64,000 nt of DNA from an uncultured Nitrososphaerales archaeon (GTDB lineage Archaea > Thermoproteota > Nitrososphaeria > Nitrososphaerales > Nitrososphaeraceae). Shown here one piece after another: positions 1-11,272 of this stretch. The stretch's first letter is position 1. Each line of letters opens with the position of its first letter. The notes below the pieces were generated by a model that ran no database searches, was not told where the DNA came from, and saw only the letters and a list, made by a program, of their open reading frames with translations. The stretch is from NCBI GenBank assembly GCA_963709405.1, contig CAVPXM010000030.1, positions 96,001 to 160,000 of the forward strand, read 5' to 3'. The translations under genes were made by a program, and so were the position numbers.

Positions 1-106
1 CTATTTATGCACAATAACAGATGATAAAAGCATTACCTAATCATGCAATGCATTCATCAAGTTTTTAAGCTATTAGATGACTGCCAAAGACAAGGGAATA
101 CTCAAC

Positions 107-451
107 ATGAAAAAATTTGAGATAATAATACCACATAGAAGATTAGATGATGTTAGTCAAATACTCAAAGGTATCAATGTCGGCGGAATGAGCCATTACG
201 AAATTGAAGGGAGGGGAAAGGTTAAGGCAGAACCTGTTGCAATAGGGAGAGGTACGTGTCATAGGTACACTCCGGAGTTTATTCCTAGAGTTAAAGTTGA
301 GGTTATTGTTAGAGATGATCAAGTGGAAGGATTGATTAACGAATTAACCGGAAAATTAGGCGGCGATATTCGGGGAGGAAAGATATTTGTAACAGATGTG
401 CAAATTGCAGTAGATTTATCCTCTAAGCAACGTGGAGAATCTGCAATCTAA
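107..451 (+). CDS. glnB: P-II family nitrogen regulatory protein (GlnB/GlnK-like)
   Basis: MKKFEIII..., EGRGK, T-loop GRGT..YTPEF, KVEVIV, GKIFV. The ATG at 107 is preferred over 77. Confidence 0.9.
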   Translation: MKKFEIIIPHRRLDDVSQILKGINVGGMSHYEIEGRGKVKAEPVAIGRGTCHRYTPEFIPRVKVEVIVRDDQVEGLINELTGKLGGDIRGGKIFVTDVQIAVDLSSKQRGESAI

Positions 452-514
452 CTTTTACCGCAGGTAATCTAACCCTTGACAGTTTGATTAAAAAATATAG
501 GAAGCAAATATGAG

Positions 515-730
515 CTAATGTTCTCCTTCACCTACTATCTCTTGCCTTGTTTTAATTCCGTTCTCGAATCCAGGACCAGAACCACTATAGAGCAGATACA
601 TGGGACTTTCGTTTCTAAGAAGATCTATTGCATTATAGTAATCGTCGTCGTATTCGTTACCGTTACCACTAGAACCGATGTAGTTGTCTAATTTCTTGAA
701 CAGATCTTTAGCGTATCTGTCTACTTTCAA
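515..730 (-). CDS. hypothetical protein or fragment
   Basis: 71-aa ORF overlapping the stop of the upstream HTH-family gene; no recognised motif. Confidence 0.3.
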   Translation of the reverse strand: MKVDRYAKDLFKKLDNYIGSSGNGNEYDDDYYNAIDLLRNESPMYLLYSGSGPGFENGIKTRQEIVGEGEH

Positions 731-1060
731 TCTGAATTAACTTCTCCTGCAACTGCTTTAGATACATTATGCTTGGACCTTCATCGACTAGTTTGAATAC
801 TGCTTCATGGCATTCTTTGGCCAGTTTAAGAGCCGCTAGTCTTTGAAAATTATTATCTGTAGATTCATAAATATTCCAGCATTCTTTCATAACGTCTGCC
901 GGATGCCTTCAATTGAAGTCTGATACATAAATGGCAATGTAGATTTTGCCAGATCATTTAAGTAATTCTGAGATTGTTCAGCCAAATATGCAATGTCCCC
1001 TGAAACAGTAGCAGGATCAACACCAAATAAGACAGAGGCATAAGCCCTATTGGTCACCAT
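708..1060 (-). pseudogene. Nitrososphaera-type HTH/helical hypothetical protein, frameshifted and 5'-truncated
   Basis: ORFs 887-1141 and 708-890 join across a frameshift near 890: GVDPATVSGDIAYL (HTH-like)...IRQTL/KECWNIY...RLAALKLAKEC. Confidence 0.55.
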
Positions 1061-1378
1061 CATCAGGGAAATGGCATTGTAGCAACTGCAAAGCCAGCGG
1101 CGACAAGTTCCATATGGAAAACACCGAATGTATGGGTTCAAATAAGAAGAAATAACTGCGATAAATTTATGGGTCTGGATTTGTTTGCTTTATCTGTGAC
1201 TTGTTCCGTATCGCCTTGGCTAGACTGTCTAAAATGTACCCGAACGGCTTGGGCCTTATTTCTTCGAATTTAGCCTCAACCTCAATTTCCTCCATCATAT
1301 CAGTAGCATTAACGTCTTTAATTAGTACAATCTGAGTATCCCCTTTATGACCGTAATATTTTATAAGGAATGTAGAGA

Positions 1379-2101
1379 TTGGCCACTGGATCAAAAAGTA
1401 GATATCTGTTTGAAATTGTTGGCACATTCATCTTCGTTTTCGCTATTTGTTCAGCAGCTACTGTATATTCTGGGCCCAACAAACTGGTTGGAATAGTAGG
1501 CCTCGGACAGCTCGCAATGGCTGTATTAGGTTTAGTTCATGCTTTCGTTTTAACTGCATTAGTATATGCTATTAACGCTCGCTCTGGAGCTCAGCTTAAT
1601 CCGGCTGTTACAATAGCATTTCTAGTATCAAGAAAAATGCGTGGAAAAGTAGCGGCACTGACTATTGCGTGCCAAGTATTGGGGGCTGTTATCGGTGCCG
1701 CTGTAGTATATTCAATGTTTGGAAGCGATATGGCTGCTAGTGTTGTACTTCCTAAAGATGGAAATGCTATTAGAGCATTAATTTTGGAAACTGTCATGGC
1801 GTTTACTCTTGTATATGTTGTATTAGCAACAACTAGATCTAAAGATTTTAAGATAGCGCCTTTAGCTGGAGTGGCAATAGGGTTTACTCTTGGATTTAAT
1901 TTCATGTTGGGAGGGCCTATAAGTGGCGGAGCTATGAACCCAGCACGTGCATTTGCCCCTGCGCTAATTGTTTGGAACTTTGACTACCAATGGATTTACT
2001 GGGTAACTCCCATTCTTGGAGGAATAATAGCAGCCGGCTTGTATAAGGGATTGCATAGCGACTTAGACATACCATCGCCTAAAGTGGAGCAGATGAAATA
2101 A
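1379..2101 (+). CDS. MIP family aquaporin (TIP/AQP8-like)
   Basis: Two NPA motifs (SGAQLNPAVT, GGAMNPARAF), about six TM segments, C-terminal WIYWVTP. Confidence 0.95.
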   Translation: MATGSKSRYLFEIVGTFIFVFAICSAATVYSGPNKLVGIVGLGQLAMAVLGLVHAFVLTALVYAINARSGAQLNPAVTIAFLVSRKMRGKVAALTIACQVLGAVIGAAVVYSMFGSDMAASVVLPKDGNAIRALILETVMAFTLVYVVLATTRSKDFKIAPLAGVAIGFTLGFNFMLGGPISGGAMNPARAFAPALIVWNFDYQWIYWVTPILGGIIAAGLYKGLHSDLDIPSPKVEQMK

Positions 2102-2216
2102 GGTTAATAGTCCTGTGTATTATGTTTTAGGTTCATAGTATAACCACTACTTACCGCAAAGACCTCAATGTACAATTAGGTATAATCATAAGACCCCCCC
2201 AGACCTTCCTAAAAAG

Positions 2217-2545
2217 GTGAGGGTTGACCACGGTCCTGTTGGAACGTCAACAAAACAAATGGCTGGATACTTTACGATTAGCGGCATACAAAACGAGACA
2301 ACGGTGCTTGAGAAGGACTGGCCTCTGTTTGCGCTTAAAGAGAATTGCGATAACTCTTGGGACTGGCTAAATGACTTTTATGCTACAACAGTATCCATGA
2401 ATGTTTACAATTACAGAGCTAGAAGGTATATAGGAATCCGTGCATGGATAGACAAAATTTCAGGAGACCCGAATGAAACAAGGATATTCCATTTATGCGT
2501 ACGGTGGTTTGAGCAGTTAGCCCAGATATTTAATTATGCACAATG
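2217..2545 (+). pseudogene. N-terminal fragment of a GHKL-type ATPase (Topo VI-B-like) protein
   Basis: ALKENCDNSWD resembles the GHKL ExxxN box; the downstream G boxes are absent. Confidence 0.4.
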
Positions 2546-2794
2546 GCACAGGTACCAAGCGATATGGCAAAAGTACGAGAAGCAGCAAATGACATGGGGT
2601 TTGATATTGACCGATATAGCACAAAGTTTGCTTGGGTAAAGACACCGCAATCGCTATCAGACGAGCTGATGCATCTATCTAGTCTCATCGAAGATAGCTA
2701 CGGTTACAAAATCGAAAGATACAAAGATACTGTCGGCAAAAATGGAAGAAAGAAGAACAATTCTGTAATTAAGATACTACTGACCTTAGCATAG
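2543..2794 (+). pseudogene. C-terminal fragment resembling a mobile-element primase/helicase winged-helix tail
   Basis: AANDMGFD...WVKTPQSLSDEL...YGYKIER pattern, followed by repeat arrays; resemblance judged by eye. Confidence 0.35.
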
Positions 2795-2890
2795 AATCCA
2801 GTGCTCTGAGAAGTAATGCGGGTAACGATGTTAGTACAGAGCAATCAAATCCCTAGGTGAGGATGCAAACTATGTCTAGGATTTTTAGAG

Positions 2891-3007
2891 CATACCATCC
2901 TTACCATCATTACGATGCTTACCAATATGAACAGGTAAATCAGACGCCTCGTTATTTACAGGTGACCATTTGTTGTGATAGTAAGGATGGTAAGGCTAGT
3001 AAGGATC
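2891..3007. repeat. inverted pair of 9-bp tandem arrays (CATCCTTAC-like / GTAAGGATG-like)
   Basis: cataccatccttaccatcattacgatgcttacca (2891-2924) and gatagtaaggatggtaaggctagtaaggatc (2977-3007). Confidence 0.75.
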
Positions 3008-3384
3008 ATATGATCCGAAATTTCTGGTATAAATCTAGATCCAAGATTTTCCCTCATCTACCGTCAATTCGTAAGGAGCGTATTTCTTCATGATCTCAAC
3101 AAAAGATAATTTCAGCTCCAAGAACATCAGAATATTATCTATAGACTTTGAGACAAGACAGATAACAGAAGAGGATAATGATGTTACTAGCGTCACGTAG
3201 ATTGTCGAAGTCTAAAAGTATATACAGAATCGAAGACGATTATCATCATAAACCATTGTCGAAGAAATATCTGCAAGTTGTTTGTGTTTAATACATATAG
3301 TTCGTGACACATTCATTTTTCAACTACTAAGACGTCCTGTTCTGAATTATGATGTTTCTAGAAAGACTTAAATCGATGGCTTAG

Positions 3385-4959
3385 ATGCCGTTAACAATAA
3401 ATAAAATGGCAAATTCAAAACAAAAACAACCTAATATTCTTGTCATTTGGGGTGATGATATTGGAATAACCAACCTCAGTTGTTATTCCCACGGGCTCAT
3501 GGGTTACCAAACTCCCAACATTGATCGCATTGCAAAGGAAGGAATGATGTTCACAGACTCCTATGGTGAGCAGTCATGTACAACTGGTCGTGCCTCCTTT
3601 ATTACCGGACAGAGCGTCTACCGCACCGGGCTGTCCAAAGTAGGCATCCCTGGCGCACCGGTTGGAATGAATGAAAAGATCGTGACGATCGCTGCATTGC
3701 TGAAGGAACAAGGTTATGCGACGGGGCAATTCGGAAAGAACCATTTGGGCGATCTCAATCATATGCTACCAACCAATCATGGATTTGATGAGTTCTTCGG
3801 CAATCTTTATCACCTCAATGCAGAGGAGGAGCCTGAGATGGATGACTATCCTTCAAGAAATGGATTTCCACAATTCTTTGAAACATTTGGCCCACGTGGT
3901 GTAATCCATTCTTGGGCTACTGATGTGGACGATCCGACAGAAATGCCGAGGTGGGGAAGAGTTGGCAAACAAAAAATTGAGGATACAGGACCGTTGACCA
4001 AAAAAAGAATGGAAACCTGTGATGACGAATTCGTTGTGGGAGCTAAAGATTTTATTCAGCGGCAGCATAAAGATGGAAAGCCATTTTTCGTTTGGTTCAA
4101 TACAACGCATATGCATCTGTATACTCATCCTAAACCATCCAGCAAGGGACAGGCAGGCCGATGGCAATCTCCATATCATGATACAATGATAGATCATGAC
4201 AAAAATGTTGGACAAATGCTTGATCTGCTCGACGAGCTCTGGAATCGCCGAAGATACCTTTGTTATGTATTCTACTGATAATGGGCCACACTCAAATACG
4301 TGGCCCGACGGAGCCACTACCCCATTTCGCAGTGAAAAGAATACAAACTGGGAAGGAGCCTTTCGTGTTCCATTGCTGGTGCGCTGGCCAGGAAAGATTA
4401 ATGCTGGTTCAATTTCCAATGGTATAGTTCAGCACCATGACTGGTCGCCAACTTTTCTTGCCATGGCAGATGATCCAGAAGTAATGGAGAAATTGAAGAA
4501 AGGATACACAGCGATAGGTAGAACTTACAAGAATCATATCGATGGCTTTAACCTGCTTCCCTATTTGACAGGTGAAGTAAAAGAAAGCCCTCGCAACGTC
4601 TACTTCTATTTCAGTGACGACGGTGATGTGCTTGGCATACGCTTTGACAATTGGAAGGCTGGTATTCATGGAACAACGAAGCCAGGGAACTTTGCAGGTG
4701 TGGGCTGATCCTTTCATCAGACTTCGTCTTCCAAAAATGTTCAACCTGCGTACCGATCCATACGAATTTGCGAACACCACTTCGAATACATACTGGGATT
4801 GGGTAATTCACCACGCTTATCTCATATACGGAGCGCAGGCTGGCTGCAAAGAAATTTGCAGAAACCTTTAAGGAATTTCCAGCCATCCAGAAACCAAACA
4901 CATTCACGTTAGATGATGCAATGGCAAAGATGTCAGAAGCTGCCGGTGGGAGTCATTAA
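3385..4959 (+). CDS. arylsulfatase (Cys-type, formylglycine-dependent), split by three single-base frameshifts
   Basis: PNILVIWGDDIG, SCTTGRASFITG (CxxxR), GKNHLG, STDNG, WEGAFRVP. Frameshifts near 4240, 4658 and 4845; TAA at 4957-4959. Confidence 0.9.
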
Positions 4960-4979
4960 CAAGAACAATCCATTCTGCT

Positions 4980-5956
4980 ATGTTAGACAGAACAGAAATC
5001 GACAAAGAAAATAAAATGTACAAGCCCGAATATATGGTATTTGTAGAGGGTGGAATCTTCATGATGGGTTCAGATAAATATTACCCGGAAGAAAAACCTG
5101 TGCATAAAGTTACAGTGGACGCTTTCTGGATGGATAAATGCCCGGTGACTAATAAAGCGTTTAGTGATTTTGTATCGGCAACTGATTATATGACTGTTGC
5201 AGAAAGACCATTGAATCCGGCTGATTTTCCACTGTCCCGGAACAAAATCTAGTTCCGGGTTCCATGGTTTTTGAAAAAAGGAATGAAGCTGTCGATTTGA
5301 AAAACTATGCCAACTGGTGGCAATGGATGAAAGGCGCCAGCTGGAAGCATCCGCAGGGACCTGGCAGCACCATTATTGGATTGGATGATCATCCTGTAGT
5401 TCACATCGCTTATGAAGACGCGGAAGCCTATGCGAAATGGGCAGGAAAAGAATTGCCTACTGAAGCAGAATGGGAGTTTGAGCAAGAGGTGGATTAGATG
5501 GAATGGATTTTACCTGGGGAAATGAAGATACACAGCTTACCAAACCCATGGCCAATACCTGGCAGGGAGAATTCCCTTATCAGAATTTACTAATAGATAA
5601 ATATGAAGGCACCTCTCCTGTTGGTTCATTTGATCCGAACGGCTATGGTTTGTTTGATATGGCAGGTAATGTTTGGGAATGGACATCCGACTGGTATGTA
5701 CCGCATTTAGATGAGTCTTGCTAATAAGGTCAAAACTTGCTGCACAGCCTCTGTGAATCCAAGAGTAACATCGTCGGAATACAGTTATGATCCTAGACAA
5801 CCACAGTTTAAGATCCCAAGAAAAGTAGTCAAGGGAGGTTCACATATCTGCGCTCCGAATTATTGTTTACGATATCGACCTGCGGCTCGGCAACCACAGA
5901 TGATCGATACAGGGATGACTCATATCGGATTCAGGTGTATTATCAGGACCAGATAA
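4980..5956 (+). CDS. formylglycine-generating enzyme (SUMF1/FGE), frameshifted
   Basis: [62 protein letters not shown]. Frameshifts near 5232, 5480 and 5720. Confidence 0.9.
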
Positions 5957-6155
5957 TGATACATAAGGTTAAACCATATTGATAAGAATTATTAATAGAA
6001 TCTTAATTCCCCCGCTTCCACTTCGTATTTAATACTCGTAAAATAATCCGCAATTTTATGCCTGTTATCTTGCTGTAATTGTAGGAACTTTGTATCATTG
6101 AATGTCTCTTTGTCGGATAAAAACGTTAAAGGTAACTTATGTTCGTCATAGAACA

Positions 6156-6548
6156 ATGTCCTCTACACAATACAAGACCGTAGCACCGATGTTTGTTGAA
6201 GATGTAGTTAATGCTCAGAAAACAGAGATGGTGAAGAACTATGTTGCTCCTGATATAGTTTACCATGGGATGGCTGAAGAAGTTAGAGGTCTTGAGAAAT
6301 TCAAACAGTGGGTGACCGAAGACCTATCAGCATTTACAGATATGAAGGTCACAATCCTAGATGACTTTGGAGAAGAAAACAAAGTTGTCATAAGGTGGAG
6401 TTAAAAGTCTACGCATGAAAAGGACTTCGCTGGCTATCCTGCCACCCATAAGAAATTTGAGACTCAAGGAGTCGAGATCTTTCATTTTGAGGGAGACAAA
6501 ATCAAGGAGGCATGGACTATAACTGACCTGTCTAATCTAATCCAATGA
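6156..6548 (+). CDS. SnoaL-like ester cyclase (NTF2 fold), frameshift near 6400
   Basis: APDIVYH...AFTDMKVTI...KVVIRW, continuing in the next frame as THEKDFAGYPATHKKFETQGVEIFHFEGDKIKEAW. Confidence 0.8.
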
Positions 6549-6808
6549 TTATTTTTTTGAAGTTGCAATAGCTCTATTTGCATTGGGATTCCGATTTTAG
6601 AATTAACTCACGTAATAGCTTTAGGTACTTGTACTATAGCTATTATTATTGTCATTGCGTTAATAATTACTTGTCTAATTATTCGATTATTTATGTGTGT
6701 ATATAATGGCGGGGCTCTTAGCCTTTACCCAACACATCCACCTGAAGCAACTGTAGTGTTTGAAAGATAACATTCGAGAAGGCTGAGGTTATAGAATCTT
6801 AGAAATAT

Positions 6809-7117
6809 TTGCAATTGGTGGTACTAATTGTTCGTATATATAACAGCGGAACTAAAATTAGTAAGATAGAGATGGAAATAAATAAAGAGCTCGATTTATT
6901 GAACTTTCAACCTATTCCAAAAAAATTCCTGTTAGCTGATTTTATAATCCAGCTTTTTGCATGTTACAAAACTAAGAAAATACTATTTAATGATTCTCCT
7001 ATTTGGGATGACGCATTAGCAAGGGTTAAAATCACCAAGATGCCGGAATTCCAAAGGCTGGATATCAAAGCTGCAAGTTCATCAGAACGTCCTTCTGATG
7101 AATCAGACAATGTCTGA
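6809..7117 (+). CDS. hypothetical protein or fragment
   Basis: ORF only, no motif. Confidence 0.25.
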   Translation: MQLVVLIVRIYNSGTKISKIEMEINKELDLLNFQPIPKKFLLADFIIQLFACYKTKKILFNDSPIWDDALARVKITKMPEFQRLDIKAASSSERPSDESDNV

Positions 7118-7129
7118 ATCACATGATTC

Positions 7130-7598
7130 TTACCAGAAGATGTTTATCTGGAAATTTTCGAAATTGATGGCGTCCCTCTGTTCAATCAAGATATTGAAAA
7201 AGATGTGCCGATAAAGGTAAACGAAATCAAATCGAAAATAATGGATGCAGATGCCATCCTAAATGCAACTCCAGAATATAATTTTTCAGTGCCAGGAGTA
7301 TTAAAAAATGCTATTGACTGTGCCTCAAGACCATATGGAGATAACGCATTTGACAAAAAGCCGGTAGCCATAATAAGTGCATTTGTAGGAATGTTGGGTG
7401 GTGCTAGAGCACAGTATCATTTTCATCAGACCTCTGTATTTCTAAACATGTATTCAATAAATGGGCCCGAAGTAATACTCCCATTTGCACAGGATAAATT
7501 TGATGCAAATGACACTAACGGATGAGAATACCAAGAAATTCTTGAAACAATTACTTCAGAATCTTGCAGATTGGACTATAAGACTGCAAAATAAATAG
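7130..7598 (+). pseudogene. NADPH-dependent FMN reductase, 5'-truncated and frameshifted
   Basis: LPEDVYLEIFEIDGVPLFNQD...ATPEYNFSVPGVLKNAID...GGARAQ. The N-terminal GSxR motif is missing and there is a frameshift near 7510. Confidence 0.8.
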
Positions 7599-7724
7599 GC
7601 AGACTTTTTGTCGAGCTCCTACGATCAATATGTTGAGCCTGCAGAATAGTGCAAACATATCAAGTTAATATAGGAGAAGAGAGAAAAATAAAATAATAGG
7701 GATCCAGAAGAAACTATGTAATAG

Positions 7725-8279
7725 TCATGGCACAATAGTAAACAATCCAGAGGCCTTTAGCTTTTTAAATGCCTCAATCTCGTCGGTGAATGAGTCAGAT
7801 AACAATTTTGAAGACAATTTATTCTCAGTAGAGTTATTTGTTAATAGATAATTGCGGAAATGATTGTTACTTTGAAGCTCCGATTCAAGACTCTTGGTAT
7901 ATAGATCAGTGGCATTTTGGAATTGTTTAGGAGGCTGCAAAGATTTTGACTCATTAATCAGGCTTTGAAATTTGGGTAGATAATTATCAGTTATTGCTAT
8001 CATCGTTTTATTGTTAATCTGCCCTTTAGCAAATTTCCCGGTCTCATTGTGGTAACTCTGAGATAAATTATTGGCTTTTTTTACTAGTTTTTCGAACGAG
8101 CCAACAAATGATGTACTATTTTGTGCAAATGATATCTGAGAGGGATTAGAATATGTAACTATAGTAAAAGATAGAATGATTAGTAATGATGATAATCCTA
8201 AGAGGCTCATACTAACTTTCGTATTTTGTATCCTTTGTATTCTATACATTAGTTGTAGTACCAAATCATAAAATGACAT
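7725..8279 (-). CDS. secreted or membrane-anchored helical hypothetical protein
   Basis: N-terminal hydrophobic segment and SFAQ signal-peptidase-like site. Confidence 0.7.
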   Translation of the reverse strand: MSFYDLVLQLMYRIQRIQNTKVSMSLLGLSSLLIILSFTIVTYSNPSQISFAQNSTSFVGSFEKLVKKANNLSQSYHNETGKFAKGQINNKTMIAITDNYLPKFQSLINESKSLQPPKQFQNATDLYTKSLESELQSNNHFRNYLLTNNSTENKLSSKLLSDSFTDEIEAFKKLKASGLFTIVP

Positions 8280-8312
8280 TTTTAGCTCACAAATCCTGTT
8301 TACAGTTCTATT

Positions 8313-8751
8313 TTAATGGGTCACTACTACAGGTTGAGACATTGTTGCTTTTTCACTTCCAATATCAGACAATGTCTTTTTTATGAAATCCCAGAAATTT
8401 TTCTCAAACGCATGTGCTCTATAACTTGATACTGCAGCTGCAGGAATTGCAGCTACTCCGGCAGTCAGAACACCTGCTAGCAGCTGTTGGAACGATTATA
8501 TCTTTACCCCAAGCACCTGTTCGTAGGATTAAATCATAGTTACCCTCTTTGCCGCTTATCATTACCTCAACATCTCGTACATTTCCGATTATAACACTAC
8601 CTTTAGTACCTTTATGCGCTTTTAAATCCCAATAGTTTTCTTCCTTCTCTTCATGGATTATGTCCAGTTTGAGGTCCTTAAGGTATTTCTTGATTTCATC
8701 ATATAGTTGTGAAACGTCTACATCTTGTAGAGTTACATGCTCTTGTCTCAT
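8313..8751 (-). CDS. hypothetical protein, frameshift near 8482
   Basis: The ORF continues in another frame as AGVLTAGVAAIPAAAVSSYRAHAFEKNFWDFIKK to a stop at 8313. Confidence 0.65.
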
Positions 8752-9050
8752 TAATTCATTGAATGGAAAGAGAATTATTTAAAGAGGTGGGTTTCAAAGA
8801 CATTTTCAGATGAATTGGACTCACTGTATCAATGGTTCTTGCTATTAGGTGGATATCTGTTCACCAACCGAAGCTCACAGATCGAGCTAGCAGTAAGTTT
8901 ATCAATATTATCTCGTTAGGAGTAAAGGATGTCACGCTGGCAGAAGTCTAAGTAGGAGTACATGTCAGGCCAATTCAACTTTGAGAAGCCAAGAATCAAC
9001 ATGAGAGTGACAAGGACTAGATCGCCTCGAGCGGTGAAGCAGAATCGACG

Positions 9051-9401
9051 TTGAATTCCAGTTATTATAGGCTGATGGTCTATTCGGCGATGTTTGGTGC
9101 TCTCGCCTCGCTGCTGACAGTGGGATACATCACACTATATAATCAGGGTATCAAGTTCTTCGGACAACCAAGCCTTTTCTTATTTAACATTAACTCTTGG
9201 CCTCTTATCTTGTTGAGTATAGCAGGCGTATTCATCGGCCTTGCCATCAAGTTCTTTGGTCAGCATGGTGGGTTGGGGGTTGCCCAAAGCCAATACGCCA
9301 AGACAGGCCGTCTCAACTACCGCAGCTTGCCAAGCATGCTTCTTCAAGCGTTTATTGCATTGTGTAGTGGTGCGATATTGTCGATAGACCTAAGTGGATG
9401 A
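9051..9401 (+). pseudogene. N-terminal fragment of a ClC-type chloride channel
   Basis: Hydrophobic helices ending at ALCSGA, just before the expected GxEGP motif. Confidence 0.55.
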
Positions 9402-9458
9402 GTCATGGTTACATATTGGCACTTTTTAGATGTAACTCTATGTATAACGGTAATGAAC

Positions 9459-9572
9459 CTAATCGGCGGGCAGTTGTTGTACTGCTTCATTTTTGTTATT
9501 GTATGCTTCAAAATAGCGTTGAATAACTGCCTTATTCATTTCAATTTGGGACATTGTCTCATTAGTGCTCAT
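9459..9572 (-). pseudogene. N-terminal fragment of a SnoaL-like protein
   Basis: Manual translation MSTNETMSQIEMNKAVIQRYFEAYNNKNEA. Confidence 0.5.
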
Positions 9573-9870
9573 GCCCGTATATAACAGACTGGGTCTTGCG
9601 GCTTATGGCTATTTTCATTGGCTCTGAGCTAATCCTTGTTGCAGGTTTTGCATTAATTGTTCTTCATATAGTATCATAAAGCAAAAAGATCACTTCAGCT
9701 CGGAAATGGTTTCTTTGTATATACTATCTCAACTGTGAGAGTACTCGAATAACAGTAATAATATTGTGACCGTAAGTAAGGAAGGTGATCATTTAGCAGG
9801 TACTCATATAAATCTGCACTTAACCGATTAACAGATCGTATCGGCAGTTCATTATACCACAATTTACAAA

Positions 9871-10080
9871 TTGCCGGCAATAAACACAAAACATTCTAAT
9901 ACGATGAAACGCTTGAAGACATTTAGGCAGGTTATAGAATCGGACAGCGAAAGGTACATCAAAAAAGAGGCTAAGCGATTGGCAAAAGAAAATGACTGGG
10001 ATAAGATTCATGCATTATCATATCTTTGTACGAAATACGAAAGAGAGAACCGTGTCGAAGAGGCCGCCATTGTTCTCTGA
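9871..10080 (+). CDS. small hypothetical protein
   Basis: 69-aa ORF with protein-like composition. Confidence 0.4.
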   Translation: MPAINTKHSNTMKRLKTFRQVIESDSERYIKKEAKRLAKENDWDKIHALSYLCTKYERENRVEEAAIVL

Positions 10081-10289
10081 AGTAGCTGTACTTCAGAAAG
10101 CAGATGGTAATTGGCAATATGGTAGTAATTTTGAAGACTAGTAGCAATATCATAAGGAAGAAGAGAAAGCTGCCTATACGATAATGATACAGACGTAGTG
10201 TTTGAATACTTTGAACTCATCAAGAATAAAGACATCGAAAGCCTGATGAATCTGTTTTCTGCTGATGCAATAGTTTATGAACCATTCAG

Positions 10290-11155
10290 GCAGGTTGATG
10301 GAATAAAGATCAAGAAACCTGGAGGATTGAAATCTAGGATAACTGGTAGTGATAAAGAGATTATCCTTTCAGCATTGTTTAACGATCCACATATCTTTGG
10401 TTATCTTAGAAATACGTGGAGTCTAAGGTCACTTGCACGATGTCTTACAGATGAACTTGATATTCCAATCAGTTTCAAACATCTACAGAGAATAACTAAG
10501 GATATGGGGATTAGATGCACAAGACCAAAATTGGAACTATTACATGGAGAGGATTATGAACAAGGGAAAAAGAGAGTGGATAACTACAAGCATGTTGCAT
10601 CAGCTCTGAAAAAAAGAGAGTTATAATGGCATTTGAAGATGAAACTACCATAACACAGAAACCTTGTATTCACAAGTCCATGAGTTTTGAAGGCCAGCAA
10701 CAAAGGATAGAACATAATGGAAGTAGAAAGAAGTTCTCCACATACATATCCATGCTATGGCCTGAAGAGAAATTAATGACGTATGATTTCTATGATAGAA
10801 TGAATTCTACGAATACTATTGATCATCTGGAGAATCTCAAGAGAAACATTATGAAAAGTGATTGGTGGAAAAGACTCATACTCATATGGGATAACGCTTC
10901 ATACCATGTAAGCCTAATGGTACGGAATTATATCAATGCACAGAAAGAAGAAGACTGGCTGACCATAATCCACCTACCAAAGAAAGCACCATGCCTAAAT
11001 CCAAATGAAACGAAAGTAAACCAGCAGATAAAATCAGATGTGTGTGCAAACAGATTTTATATGCAGATAGAAGAACAGAAAGCTGCAGTATCAGCTTATC
11101 TAGAGAATAGATTTGGAACTTGGAATGACGACAGACACTACGACACTTGACTTAG
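10290..11155 (+). mobile_element. IS630-family transposase (orfA/orfB, -1 frameshift), 5'-truncated and fused to a SnoaL-like fragment
   Basis: HTH WSLRSLA, A7 run at 10609-10615, DDE motifs FEDE / WDNASYH / PCLNPNE; ends approximate. Confidence 0.85.
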
Positions 11156-11272
11156 CACCTTTCGGCGGGTTAATTGGGGAAGACACCCAGGTACTAGTCC
11201 AAGCTATACAAAAGGAAATTTGAGCCAGTTTTGTTACTATTTTGTTTCCAGACCTATTGCTCCTGTAACTAC

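Noticed and set aside
8900-9050. Fluoride riboswitch ahead of the ClC fragment
   Set aside because: No GGCGATGG...TGA(C/T)G consensus seen
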